A program made the translations under genes and the position numbers. Below the pieces are notes generated by a model that searched no databases, was not told the origin of the DNA, and worked only from the letters and a program-made list of their open reading frames with translations. A stretch of DNA of 42,639 bases, taken from IMG/VR virus record IMGVR_UViG_3300012931_000035, positions 1 through 42,639 of that record. One strand, given 5' to 3'. The stretch comes from a virus. Taxonomy: Duplodnaviria; Caudoviricetes. This document shows, piece by piece, positions 7,261 to 18,146 of the stretch (its first letter is position 1; every line of letters starts with the position of its first letter).

Positions 7261-9654
7261 TCAATAACTAAATTTAGAAATAGGAATCCAACTAGAACTA
7301 TCCGATATAACGCACACACAACTACCTGCGGAGACTATTATACTACCCGTTGCGTCTTCGACCGTCCCTGAATAATACGCGCTTGCCGTCGATGATTTTG
7401 AGTTTTTTAAGTATAATATTCTTTGATTATTCATGCTACTAGCAACAGGCAAATTTATAGTTGTAGTTGCTGTTATTACTCCTGATGTAGCAACGACTGT
7501 ATACGAATCAATAGTTTCTCCTGCACTATATACTACATATTGTCCTCTTAATCTGCCTATAATCCCGGTTTTGCCAATTGTCATATATATATTATTTGAA
7601 GCATCTTTCACAGCAAAAGAATATGTTGCGGAATTTTTAGCGACAAAAGAAGTTGTATCATTATCTGATTGAAACCCAACCGGAGTACTCCCTTGGCTAT
7701 AAAATCCTATAGCAGTTGGGGTTTGGGCAACAAACCCATAATCGGTTCCGGTGTAAGCATAAAATCCTTGCGCGAATTTACCCCTGCTTTGAAAAGCATT
7801 CGTATTTTTATATGTTCCTAAATTTACGCAATCATAACCAGACAAGGCTCCTACTACTTTATTGTTTAGCAATCCTAATTCTATTCCCATTCCTGACGTT
7901 GCGTGAGACGTAGAGTCAAGTTCAACATTAATATTTTCACCCCATACTTTAGTTGCGGGATTTAAATATATTGTTGTTCCATCAGTTGGTGTGCTGGTAT
8001 CGCCCGTTCCATCAGTAATAAACCATCCAGACACGTTTAGCGTATTAGTTGATGAATCTATACTGTGTATTATTGCCGACTTCTTGGTCGTTTCGTTTGT
8101 GTCAATAATCATCCCAATTTTTATACTATCCTCGCTAATAAGTGTAGCAAAATCAGATGAAGTAACAGAAGTTGACAAAAATGTCGTGTTTGACGTTGTT
8201 AACAATGTTGGCTGAGCATAATTATACACATACAATCCCACACTATCTCGCGATGAATAATCAGACAAGCCACTATCCCCTATAATCCCCATAACCTGAG
8301 TCGCTGGTATACTACCGTCATTTGCCGTTATTGATACTGCAACCGCGTTGTCATATGTTCCGTATGTTTGTTTCCACGCTTTTACGTTTTTGTTATAAAA
8401 ATTTGGTTTAAAAAGCCTGGTGTCCGTAATGTTTAAATCATTAACCGAAGTAACCCCGGCCGCTACCGCTATTTCGGCCAAAGATAAAGCCCCAGACGGT
8501 AATGTCGGGGCTGTTGTGCTTGCCGCTGTACTCGTTGTTGCTGCTCCGCTGCTTACTACGCCGGTTCCGGTTACGGTCATGGTGCCAGGAGTGTTGCCGC
8601 CGCCTGCCGTAATTTCGGTAAGAGTAATCACTCCGGAGCTTGCCGTTGCCGTATAGGTGGCGCTTATCGTGCTGTTGGCGTTAAGCGCGGTTGCAAAGTT
8701 TGTCATAGATGTTGCTATATCTGATCCTAAAATAAAGTTTGTGCTGTCCTGCGTAGCCGTTGTGACCGTAAAAGTAATGCCCTCAAATAAAATCGTATCA
8801 CCAGAGACAAAAATAGTCGATAATGTGTAAGGGCGAGATCCAGCGATCGCCGCTGTCCCCAAGCCACCTGCAAGATAAGTGATTGATCCCGTAGAACTAA
8901 TATAAATCAAGTCAATTCGCGGTTTGGTGCTATCTGCCGTAGTTATAGGTTGAGAAGATACCGCCGCCACATCAAAACGTTTGCCGCTGGGCATATGAGC
9001 AATGCACTCAGTTACTGAATAGGTTAATCCAGATGTTGTTACTACGCCCCCGCTGATTATACCGTAACCAGTTGATTCGTAGAACCTTGAATTTGTAGAA
9101 TCTACGCTATCTATAGCCGATTGAACATCAGTTGTAGAAAACGTTCCTGATAAATCAGTCTTATTTTCTAACGCGGTGGCCGCGGTATTCCATCCAATAA
9201 TAGCGTCAGAAACAGGAGATGGGAATATTCGGCTAACATCATCGCTAACCGTAACGGTAAAACTAGCAGTACGATCAACGACTTCGGCCACTTGTTGTAT
9301 TTGCATTTCAGCCCGATCAAACGAAGTTTCAACTACTTTAGGCTTTAATGCCGTATTGTTTGGGTATTTAGTTGGCTGGAGCAAGTCCATTTCTCGGATA
9401 ATCGTTATTTTGTAATCAGAGCTTAATGGGGTCCCACTTGTAGGATAAGTTACGGTCCCACCATCAGTTGGGTATTCATCATCTTCTGGCGTTATTGTAT
9501 AACCTGACGTTACTTCCGTAATATCCCCGGTAGATACGTTAGTTAAGTAGATACTTAGGTCGTCTTCGTCAAGCACCCGGAACGTAAAATCAAAATCAGT
9601 TGTAGAACCATTGCCAACATAAGTTTTCTTGGTTATCGTGGAAGAAATTGCCAT
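7261..9654 (-). CDS. tail fibre/receptor-binding protein with T7-like N-terminal adaptor
   Basis: N-terminus YVGNGSTTDFDFTFRVLD...ITIIR...ETSFDR. Ser/Thr-rich beta-type C-terminal part. Positioned after the ejection genes. Confidence 0.85.
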   Translation of the reverse strand: MAISSTITKKTYVGNGSTTDFDFTFRVLDEDDLSIYLTNVSTGDITEVTSGYTITPEDDEYPTDGGTVTYPTSGTPLSSDYKITIIREMDLLQPTKYPNNTALKPKVVETSFDRAEMQIQQVAEVVDRTASFTVTVSDDVSRIFPSPVSDAIIGWNTAATALENKTDLSGTFSTTDVQSAIDSVDSTNSRFYESTGYGIISGGVVTTSGLTYSVTECIAHMPSGKRFDVAAVSSQPITTADSTKPRIDLIYISSTGSITYLAGGLGTAAIAGSRPYTLSTIFVSGDTILFEGITFTVTTATQDSTNFILGSDIATSMTNFATALNANSTISATYTATASSGVITLTEITAGGGNTPGTMTVTGTGVVSSGAATTSTAASTTAPTLPSGALSLAEIAVAAGVTSVNDLNITDTRLFKPNFYNKNVKAWKQTYGTYDNAVAVSITANDGSIPATQVMGIIGDSGLSDYSSRDSVGLYVYNYAQPTLLTTSNTTFLSTSVTSSDFATLISEDSIKIGMIIDTNETTKKSAIIHSIDSSTNTLNVSGWFITDGTGDTSTPTDGTTIYLNPATKVWGENINVELDSTSHATSGMGIELGLLNNKVVGALSGYDCVNLGTYKNTNAFQSRGKFAQGFYAYTGTDYGFVAQTPTAIGFYSQGSTPVGFQSDNDTTSFVAKNSATYSFAVKDASNNIYMTIGKTGIIGRLRGQYVVYSAGETIDSYTVVATSGVITATTTINLPVASSMNNQRILYLKNSKSSTASAYYSGTVEDATGSIIVSAGSCVCVISDSSSWIPISKFSY

Positions 9655-9655
9655 A

Positions 9656-12600
9656 TTAATCCTTCCTTTCTTTCTTCGGTCTGCGTTTCATAATATCCAG
9701 CCATTCGGGATCCATACTGTTGTTTGCGTAGTCATACATATTCCAAAACCAAGCATTAAATTGATCGGGTATGCCCGTACTGTACGCGGCGAATTTGCTA
9801 AACGCTTCGGCTACATCTTGCCCGTTGGTTGACGTTTTGGTTGGTTTTTTATTTGTTAAATATTTGTTTGTTTTAGTCACAAGGTTGGTAATATTTTCAA
9901 AAGCAGAGAAAGTTACTGGTGGTTGATACCCATAACTTTTTAGGCCCAACGCACTATCAAGTAGTAAAGGAACAACATCGCGGCTAATAGGTGCTAATTG
10001 AAATGGGAATGACGCTATTTCTCTGGCCCACCAAGCCATAGGGTTGTCCTTTTTGTCTGGCTGCTTGCCGCTTAACAAGTCGGATAGAACAACAAAAGCC
10101 ACATATCTACTGGCTACAACGCCTAAGAAACGTGGCAAGTTCTCTAGCCCTTGTGATGCAATACCGGCCTCTCTAACCCATCCATTGTATTGCGTATTCA
10201 TAAAGCCATAGAACGGAGTCATTACTCTTGTTAATTCCGATTTACTTCGTATTACCGGTGCTACATCATATTTGCGTCCCGAACCGTTAACCCGCTTAAT
10301 CAATGTATCAGCATAAAACGCCGCTTGCTTTTGATCGCCTGTTCTTGCAAATTCCTTGTCATAGGCTTGTTTCCACATCGGTACCGCAAATAAATCATCG
10401 GCACCAGCCAATAACCCAAATCCGAAATGAGAAAGCATGGAATCATCACCAAATAGGCTAGAATGTAAATCGTTTAACGAATAATCAGGAGTATTGCGCC
10501 TATCGCGCATAAAGGGCGATAAGGTATAAATGTTTTCCCTCATTGCTCTTGCGGCTTTCCAATTAATTGTCGCTTTTGGTATGTAATTAAACAAGCCATA
10601 TTTAAGCATTGCGGTGGAAGAATCGATAAAGCCAAACCCTTCTACGGCTTTAGGATACAAGGTAATATTAGCTAAGTTCTGCACAATGGTGCTAACTCTA
10701 AACAAAATAGCCGACTTTGAACCAGCTTTTCGTAAACTATTAACTGTTTTTTCTAATCCTTCCTTCCCCACATTCTTATATGCTTCACCATTTGCAACAT
10801 TAGCAACCTGATCGGCGAATGCTTGCAATCCTTCCGGTCCCAACTTAGCCGTAATAACAGACTGAAAGTTTTTGTCTGCCAATACGCGCCGGTAATCAGC
10901 CACTAAGTCGCGAAAATAAATATCGTGAATAACATCTACTATATGCCCATTCATGGTTGATAAATCAAGGCTAATCGCATACTGTGCGCTTGTACGTTCT
11001 TTGGTTGCACCGGTTCGGGTTGTCGCCTTTATGGCTGACCGGGTATCGTTATATAACGGTCCCTGAGTATCAGCCTTTTCTGCGTTCTGCAATGTTCCGC
11101 GAGAATCCCGTTTTAATGGATAATAACCGCCATCCAGTTTTAGCAATTCTCCCTTTGGAGTTAATACTGTAAAAGGTAATGATTCAACCTTTTCCGGCTC
11201 AAACCCGGTCATTTCGGCGTGTACTCTTGATAAGTCAGGCCATAGTTCATTAACCAAGTTCCATACATTCTGTACTGTTTGCCAATCTTTTTTATCTAGA
11301 TACTTGGTTAATACCCGCATTACTACGTTTTCATTCCACTCTTTAGCATCAGTAAAATCAATAGGTTTAGTAGATAATAGTTTTTCTTTATTACCTTCAT
11401 TTCCCATATTAAGAGCAATACTCAATAAATCATATTTTGTTGCGGATATTCCAAGTTCATCAATATTAAACTTTCTATCAAACTTTAAACGTTCTTTATC
11501 AGAGTATTCTTTCCAAACGTTCATAATCTTATTTTTAAATTCATTAATACGGTTACTTTCTAAGTCGGCCCGTTCATGAGTAGCCTTAATCCAGAAATCG
11601 CTCAAAGGACCGGAATCTTTCCATCCCTGGAGTTTGCCTATAACGTTTTCGAATGTACGAAGACTATATAAAAATTCGTTAGCGGTTCTTTTAACGCTTT
11701 CGGTTTTTGTCTGCCGTTTAGCCTTATAGGTATCGGGAACATTTTTGTTCATCGTGGCAATTTGTTCTTGTTTTATTTCATCAAGATCGCGGTTCTTTTG
11801 TACGGCAATGGATTTATTCTCGTGATTGGCCGCTTTTTGAATATTCTTAAGCGCATCGGTTAAATCGCGTATTTGATTAATGCTTAAATCTTTATACGGA
11901 GTGCTAAACGATTCATCATATAACCATTCAGCAATATTAATACTGCCTAATGATTCATCCATTCTAGTAGACCACTGCTGCAAGGTTTCGGATTTTGCGG
12001 CCTTATTGTAATCAGGTCGATTCAATCCAAACCGGTTTAGCATGGATCCAGTTTGGTTAAAGTTTTCATCGGTTTTGAATAGCGTTTTCTTTTTAGATAC
12101 AACACCCTTTAAGTATCGTTCTTGCTTATTAAACACCTTGTTTAGCTTAACTGATTCTAAGGCCATGGCATGGTTAACCATTTCAGTATCTTTCCATTGC
12201 GCCGCCTGTTCATATCTGCCAGCCCGATATTCCTTCTCGGCTTGTCTTGCGGCGTTTCTGGCTTGGTGCATGTATTTGGTATAGGCCGTAGATTCTTTTA
12301 CCGGCTTATCGGCTAATGTATCCTTTGCATAGGCCAGTGCGTTTTTTAATCCTATTTGTGCTTGCCTTGCTAATCGCTGGCTAACATCTTCGGCCTTTAG
12401 CCATTCTTTAGCCGCTTTCCACTCTTCTTTAGCAGCGGCCTTATCTTCTTTTGCAGTTTGCTTCTTTTCGGCGGTACGTTGCTTATCGGCCTCTTTATAT
12501 TGGTCCCTTAAAGCGTTAATTTCGTCTTTGTGCTGTTTTTTAGTATCGGTCAATTGTTGTTTTAAATCGTTAATTTTCTCTTGCCCTTTGGCTTTTTCAA

Positions 12601-14926
12601 TTTTAACAGCTAAATCCTTTTCAGCATCGGCCCAACGTTTGTTTATTTCAGCTTCTGATTTAGCCCGTTTGACTTTAATATGTTCGCCTTGGGCTAATCC
12701 CCTAAACGTTTCAGCTTCAATGGCTGCGGTCTTAATCTTTCCTTCGTTAATCTGTGCTTGTTCTTTTACTACATCAGAATTGCCAAGTTCATCGGTTTTA
12801 AACTGGCTAGAAATGTTTTCTAATCTGGCTTTTGCTTCATCATTTTTAAGACGGTTTTTGCTTATATCTTTTGCCAATGCGTCGCCGGATGTATAACCAT
12901 GATCTTCTGCAATAGCATCAAACGCGGCTCTCTGCGTTTCATCAAGTTTATCCGAAATATACTGTTTGGCAACATCTTTGACGTCTTTAATTTTTCGGCC
13001 AAATAGTTGCAAATTAAAACCAAGCCGATCACTGGCTTGGTATAATGGCGATTCATTTAATTGTTGATCAATAGTCTTTCGAGCTTCTTCTAAATGTGAA
13101 GCTAACTTGCTTTGGAATCCCGGCGATTGTTCAGACGCTTGCCTCTCTAAAGTAGTTTTTTGTTCTTGCTCCTTCGATTCTGTAATGGCATCTAAATATG
13201 GTTTAGTTTCAGTTAACCCGATTTCTTCGCTTGCCGGTTTAATTTGTTCCGGCGCTCCCGGCGCTTCTACTGTTCCGATCTCTGGTACCTATCTGTTCGC
13301 CGCCGTTTCCTGTTCTTGAAGTTCTTTGTAAGTCGGCTGATCGCCAACACGAACATCGTTCAATAGGGCTTCGCGGTATTTCTTTGGTAATACCTCAAAA
13401 TCGCCAAGGGTAATATTTACATCACCGGCGGTTGTTGCTGCCTCTTCTAATTCTTTAGGTGATATTTTAAGCCGTTCCAATACTTCCTGTGCTTCTTGTG
13501 GCTTTTCTACTGCTAACTCTTGGATATAGTTAACCAGTTCTCTACCTGGGATAGCAACGTTATCTAATACCGTCCCTTGAACTTCTGCATTAATTTTGGT
13601 TGCAACGGCCTCCGGCGCTCGCTGTGCCGTTTTTGAATTATCAACAATATTACCAAGTTCACGAATACCGACAAACGCATGGCCTGGTAGCGCCATTGCA
13701 AGGCCCATTGGAATCATATTAAAGCCGCCTTGTGCTATCCTAGAAAAGTCATTCCAATTCCAATTAGTTAGTCCACCTTCTGATGTTTTCTGCGCTGCTA
13801 TATTGGTTGCTGCCATCCCCGCGCCAATTGCTCCCTGTTCTAATGCCGTAGTGCCTAGCGCTTTTAGCCCGGTCCCTTCCGGTATCTTTAGCAATTTACC
13901 AATCTGTGTAGTCGATAAAACAAGATTGCCAGCGCCGGAGACAGCCGCACCTTTTGCAGCATCTGTAGGGCTAACTCCCTTTTGTATTTCATCAAGGTAT
14001 GTATTGCCTACGGCGGTAGAGGTAAAGTCTTTTGCAAACCCGACCTGGAATCCTTTACCCGCCCCGGTAATTGCACCGGATATTGCTCCCGGTATTGCGC
14101 CAACACCACCAACCGTCAAGCCTGCCGCGCCGCCTATAGCTGCACCGGTAGCCGCGCCTCCGGCTGCATACTTTAATCCAGTTTCTAAGGTTGGTATCAT
14201 CCCAGTAAGGCCGGATAGCAACCCCCTAACTGACCAAGTAGATTGCGGCATCTTTGCGCTTAACTGTTTTATTTTATTATCTAAGTCTGTAAGTCGCGCT
14301 TGGTCTTCCGGTGGTAATGAATCGACGGTTCCAAAACTACTTAATAATTGATTCCCTATGTCAGATCGTTCTTGATTTAACGTACTAAGTTCGTAGGAAT
14401 CAGCCATAATTCGGATAGTGTCTTCCTGGCTACTCAGGTTGGCAATATCGTCGTGAGACATTGCCATATTTTTACCTTTAGACAAATAATTAGCTGTTGC
14501 AGGATATTGCTGAACAAATTTAGTCCAATCATCAGGTGAATTGATCTTTAGCCTAGCAACATTATCTGCCGCTGTTATCATTTCCCTTGAAGCGCCGGCA
14601 AAAGTTGAAGGATCTTGTCCTAATATTTGTCCGGCTTCTATTGCTCTTGCGTTTTCGTCCGCCGATTGCGAACCCCACGCATTATACATAGTTGATACCC
14701 AATTAGCTTGTTCATCATAATCAGGGCCTTTATTTAGATTACGTCCTGCATATTGAACAAACGAATCTGTTGCATTGTTAATTGCATTGCCTATTTTTTC
14801 GGTAAATGTATAGTGAGGAATATTATGTATTTCTTCGGGCGTATAAATATTTTCATTATCATCAATATATTTTACTGACCCATCGGCTTGCGGTATTGCT
14901 CTAACGCTCATTCCTTCACCTTCCAT
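9656..14926 (-). CDS. giant internal virion/ejection protein (gp16-like position), interrupted by one in-frame TAG at 13289-13291
   Basis: The 545-aa and 1118-aa ORFs share one frame, and the 92 codons between them are open (VPEIGTVEAPG...LGFNLQLFG). Gly/Ala-rich hydrophobic segment in the N-terminal part. Confidence 0.75.
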
Positions 14927-17043
14927 TGACCGTTATCATATACAACTTCATTACCGTTAGAATCTAATACCCCATATTGTGTTCTTGTCCAACCATCTGG
15001 CAATTCTATTTTGGGAATATCTTCTGTCCCTGTGTATAACCCGCCAAACTTAGATTTGTTAATAGTTATTTTCTGTGATGCATCTTCGGCAAGTTCTTGA
15101 ACATCGCGGACAGTAACCGGTAATCCCTGTTTAATTAGCTCTGCCGCTCGCTGGTTCATTTTTTCATATACTAGCCCCTGATCGGTACCACTCATTGCAT
15201 GATCTTTCATAATACCGTTAAAAGCTAACATGTTTTCGGGTGAAGCCCATTTCATTTCTTTTTTAAAGCTATTAGCCAATGGTATTAATTTTGAATACGG
15301 TAAACTACCACCATATGCCGCATCAAGCTGTTCCTTGCTGGTTATATCTCCGTTATATATTCGGCCCAAACATTCTTCATATGTTGCTGCCGTTTGTTCG
15401 TTTTGTTCTACCTTTAACAGCCCAGAATATTGTTTAGCCGCGCCAATTGCTCCAATAAGGTCTTGCCCTTGAAACCCAAATTGTCGTGCCACTTGTTCAA
15501 TCTGCGAAATAGATGTAGGTTTATTGGTTGTATACCATTCAGTCCATGAACTCATGGCATTTTCAAGGCTTTGTTTATGTTCGGCCTGAGCTTCAGCAAC
15601 AGCTTGTTTTATTTGTGCCTCGGCCATTTTATAACCAACTAAATCGGGGTCTGGTACTTCTTCTGTTGTTTCTGGTGTCCCGCCTGTTGCGGTTCTACCA
15701 TCATTGCCAAGAGCATTAATTACATATTGCCGCACAGATGGATATTCCCTACCATTATAATATTGAGGTTGATCTGCCGAATAAGGTTTACCGTTATCGC
15801 CAATAAGATCTTGACCTTTCATATATCTTTCAGCATTAGAAGTTCCTGCATAATTAGCAACAAGAACGCCAGCCGCGCCAAACTGATCGTAAATTTCTTT
15901 ATTGGCTTTTTCAAAAGCTATTTCCTGATTTTCTGGTGTGTGCGGCGCATCGCCCATTAATGACGACCATGTTCCCGGCATAAATTGATATTTACCAAAA
16001 GCTCCAGAATCTGAATTATAGGCATCATAATTACCGTTGGATTTATTTCCTCCTACGACTTCTTTGGTTTGATCCCAACTTAATCCTCCACCTAATACTC
16101 CGCCAGTCCCCGGATGAACGACTGTTTTAGTCTTATTCATATAATTTTGTTTAGCAGCTTCAAGCATAGCGCCCAAATTTAATGTTCCGTCAGGATTACG
16201 TAATGCAGGATTGTTTTTTAAGGATTCTACATAATTATATGCTTCATTTTGGCTTAATGCGGGGTTAATCTTAGCCATGTAAGCGTCTTTAATACCTTCT
16301 GGTAATTTGTCTCCATAATAATCCAATGTTTTTTTGGCATCTTCCGGCCTATTGCTCGCCAATAAAATATCAACAGTTTTACCAACAGAATTATAAATAT
16401 ATTGTTTTTGATTTTCTGCTATTGTCTCAGGAGGAATGCCGTTTAATGCTCCCATTTGGTCAGATAAGGTCATTCCCGAACGCAAAAACATATCGGCCTG
16501 TTTATATTTACCTAGCAAAACATTAGATTGAAATGATTCGGCTGTAGCGTTTAATTGTGATTTGTTGGCATCATCATGTGCTATCTGTAATTGCTTTTTT
16601 TCATGTTCCAATACTGAATTATACATGCTTGGATAAATAGATTGATACCATTGTCCAAACTGTTGACGCTGAACATCGTTATCAAATGATTTCATCGTCT
16701 TTTCAAAAGCATCATTGGTCTGCATTGCGAAATCTTCCGATACAGGTAACCTTCCCTCAACGCCAGCCTTTGCCACTTGCCCCAATGCGTTTTCTCCTTG
16801 CTTACTTAGCATATCCGTTTGAATCGGCATCACTATTTGCTGGAATGAACTTGTTGCATTTGCTACGGCTATCTGGTTTAGTTTTGCCTGATCTTCTACG
16901 GCTTGCTGCGATAATTGTTGCCCCACTTGGCTGGTGGCTTTCCCAACACTTGCCCCAAAAGTATCTTCTGTAGCTACCGGTTGCACTCGAAATCCAGAAG
17001 GTTGATTCTGTTGTATTTGTCTTGAATATTGAACTACAGGCAT
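14908..17043 (-). CDS. internal virion protein (gp15-like position) with lytic transglycosylase-like domain
   Basis: SNGNYDAYNSDSGAFGKYQFMPGTW...TPENQE...YPSVRQYV, second of three ejection genes. Confidence 0.75.
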   Translation of the reverse strand: MPVVQYSRQIQQNQPSGFRVQPVATEDTFGASVGKATSQVGQQLSQQAVEDQAKLNQIAVANATSSFQQIVMPIQTDMLSKQGENALGQVAKAGVEGRLPVSEDFAMQTNDAFEKTMKSFDNDVQRQQFGQWYQSIYPSMYNSVLEHEKKQLQIAHDDANKSQLNATAESFQSNVLLGKYKQADMFLRSGMTLSDQMGALNGIPPETIAENQKQYIYNSVGKTVDILLASNRPEDAKKTLDYYGDKLPEGIKDAYMAKINPALSQNEAYNYVESLKNNPALRNPDGTLNLGAMLEAAKQNYMNKTKTVVHPGTGGVLGGGLSWDQTKEVVGGNKSNGNYDAYNSDSGAFGKYQFMPGTWSSLMGDAPHTPENQEIAFEKANKEIYDQFGAAGVLVANYAGTSNAERYMKGQDLIGDNGKPYSADQPQYYNGREYPSVRQYVINALGNDGRTATGGTPETTEEVPDPDLVGYKMAEAQIKQAVAEAQAEHKQSLENAMSSWTEWYTTNKPTSISQIEQVARQFGFQGQDLIGAIGAAKQYSGLLKVEQNEQTAATYEECLGRIYNGDITSKEQLDAAYGGSLPYSKLIPLANSFKKEMKWASPENMLAFNGIMKDHAMSGTDQGLVYEKMNQRAAELIKQGLPVTVRDVQELAEDASQKITINKSKFGGLYTGTEDIPKIELPDGWTRTQYGVLDSNGNEVVYDNGQWKVKE

Positions 17044-17054
17044 TATGTCACCGC

Positions 17055-17708
17055 CTAAAAGGAATATTTGCTTTTATATTTTTTAACCGTAGGAGTACCA
17101 AGAGTATAGTCATTATTCCCTATAAAATAATTACCCGAAGAATCTTTATTTGTTAGGTTATAACTAGAAGAAAAATCGCCGCCTTGGTAAACTCCTTCAT
17201 TGTTTGCAGTATTAGTATTAACCGAATTATAAGATTGATAATTTTTAGCCAATGAAGTTAACCCAGTTAGTAATGTGCTTGTTGCTTGATTTTTACCTGC
17301 CTTTGTAGCAGCGGCGGCTTGGCTTCGGTAATTTGCAGCCTGCTGGTTTAATCCCCACATATTCATCATTGTATTGTAACGGCTGGTTTGCACATCCTGC
17401 TCACCTTGATATGCGGTGCTACTTAATGTAGCTAAAGGAGAACCGTACGATATATCAAGCCCACTAGCGGCATATCCTGTTTTCTGTGCCGCCGATGTTT
17501 GTTTTACCTTTTCTCTAATCTGCGCCTGCTCTGACGCCCCGGATTGGCCTGCCGCGACTGCTTGGCGCTCGGCTAATGCAGCATTAGTATTAGCTACTGA
17601 TGCCTGATAAGCCGCATTGGCTCTAGCTGTTTTCATTTGTGATAAAGTTCCTAAAACACTTGTAGCAGTAGATAAACTTTGCATCGTTTGAGGATTATTC
17701 CCACACAT
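17055..17708 (-). CDS. internal virion protein (T7 gp14-like)
   Basis: MC start, Ala/Gln-rich, YAASGLDISYGSPL motif, synteny. Confidence 0.7.
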   Translation of the reverse strand: MCGNNPQTMQSLSTATSVLGTLSQMKTARANAAYQASVANTNAALAERQAVAAGQSGASEQAQIREKVKQTSAAQKTGYAASGLDISYGSPLATLSSTAYQGEQDVQTSRYNTMMNMWGLNQQAANYRSQAAAATKAGKNQATSTLLTGLTSLAKNYQSYNSVNTNTANNEGVYQGGDFSSSYNLTNKDSSGNYFIGNNDYTLGTPTVKKYKSKYSF

Positions 17709-17711
17709 GGT

Positions 17712-18146
17712 TTAGCTCCTTTCTTGATAAAATCTATAAAACGGTTCATTATGTAACCCTTCTAAATGAGGTTCACATATTTTAAATCCCATAAACTTAG
17801 CCCAATCAAGTGAAAAAGTATTTTTATAATAAATATTTCCCTCAATTAATGGATACTTTTTTAACATTTCATTTATAAATTTTCTGCTGGCTTTGAAAAA
17901 ACTTAATGGCAATTTATCAACTCCGGAAGAAAAATAAAGCCAAATAGAATTTTCAACCATTCCTATTAAACAAATAATTTTATTTCCGCATAATACTTTC
18001 TTTTTATCAGTTGAAGCATCATATAAAGCCGCCATTATAACATCAAAATCAATGTTAACGGCGGCTTTTATTTCGGCTATGTTTTTATCATGTGGGGTAA
18101 ATGTAGCAAAGTCTTCTAATGTTGCATCATCAATTATTATCTCCAC
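17712..18146 (-). CDS. T7 gp13-like GNAT-fold virion assembly protein
   Basis: NTFSLDWAKFMGFKI...EPFYRF, between the nozzle and ejection genes. Confidence 0.7.
   Translation of the reverse strand: MEIIIDDATLEDFATFTPHDKNIAEIKAAVNIDFDVIMAALYDASTDKKKVLCGNKIICLIGMVENSIWLYFSSGVDKLPLSFFKASRKFINEMLKKYPLIEGNIYYKNTFSLDWAKFMGFKICEPHLEGLHNEPFYRFYQERS

Noticed and set aside
7261-9654. Diversity-generating retroelement targeting the tail fibre, as in BPP-1
   Set aside because: No reverse transcriptase in the window, and no template/variable repeat pair was noticed.
13289-13291. Genome-wide TAG reassignment (genetic code 15)
   Set aside because: TAG ends several genes at natural positions (4228, 5637, 6703, 17055, 21467, 29490). 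Only one clear internal TAG was seen.
13596-14351. Long + strand ORFs (for example 13596-14351, 4886-5284, 27136-27621)
   Set aside because: Antisense shadows of Ala/Gly/Thr-rich minus-strand genes, with no RBS or recognisable motifs.
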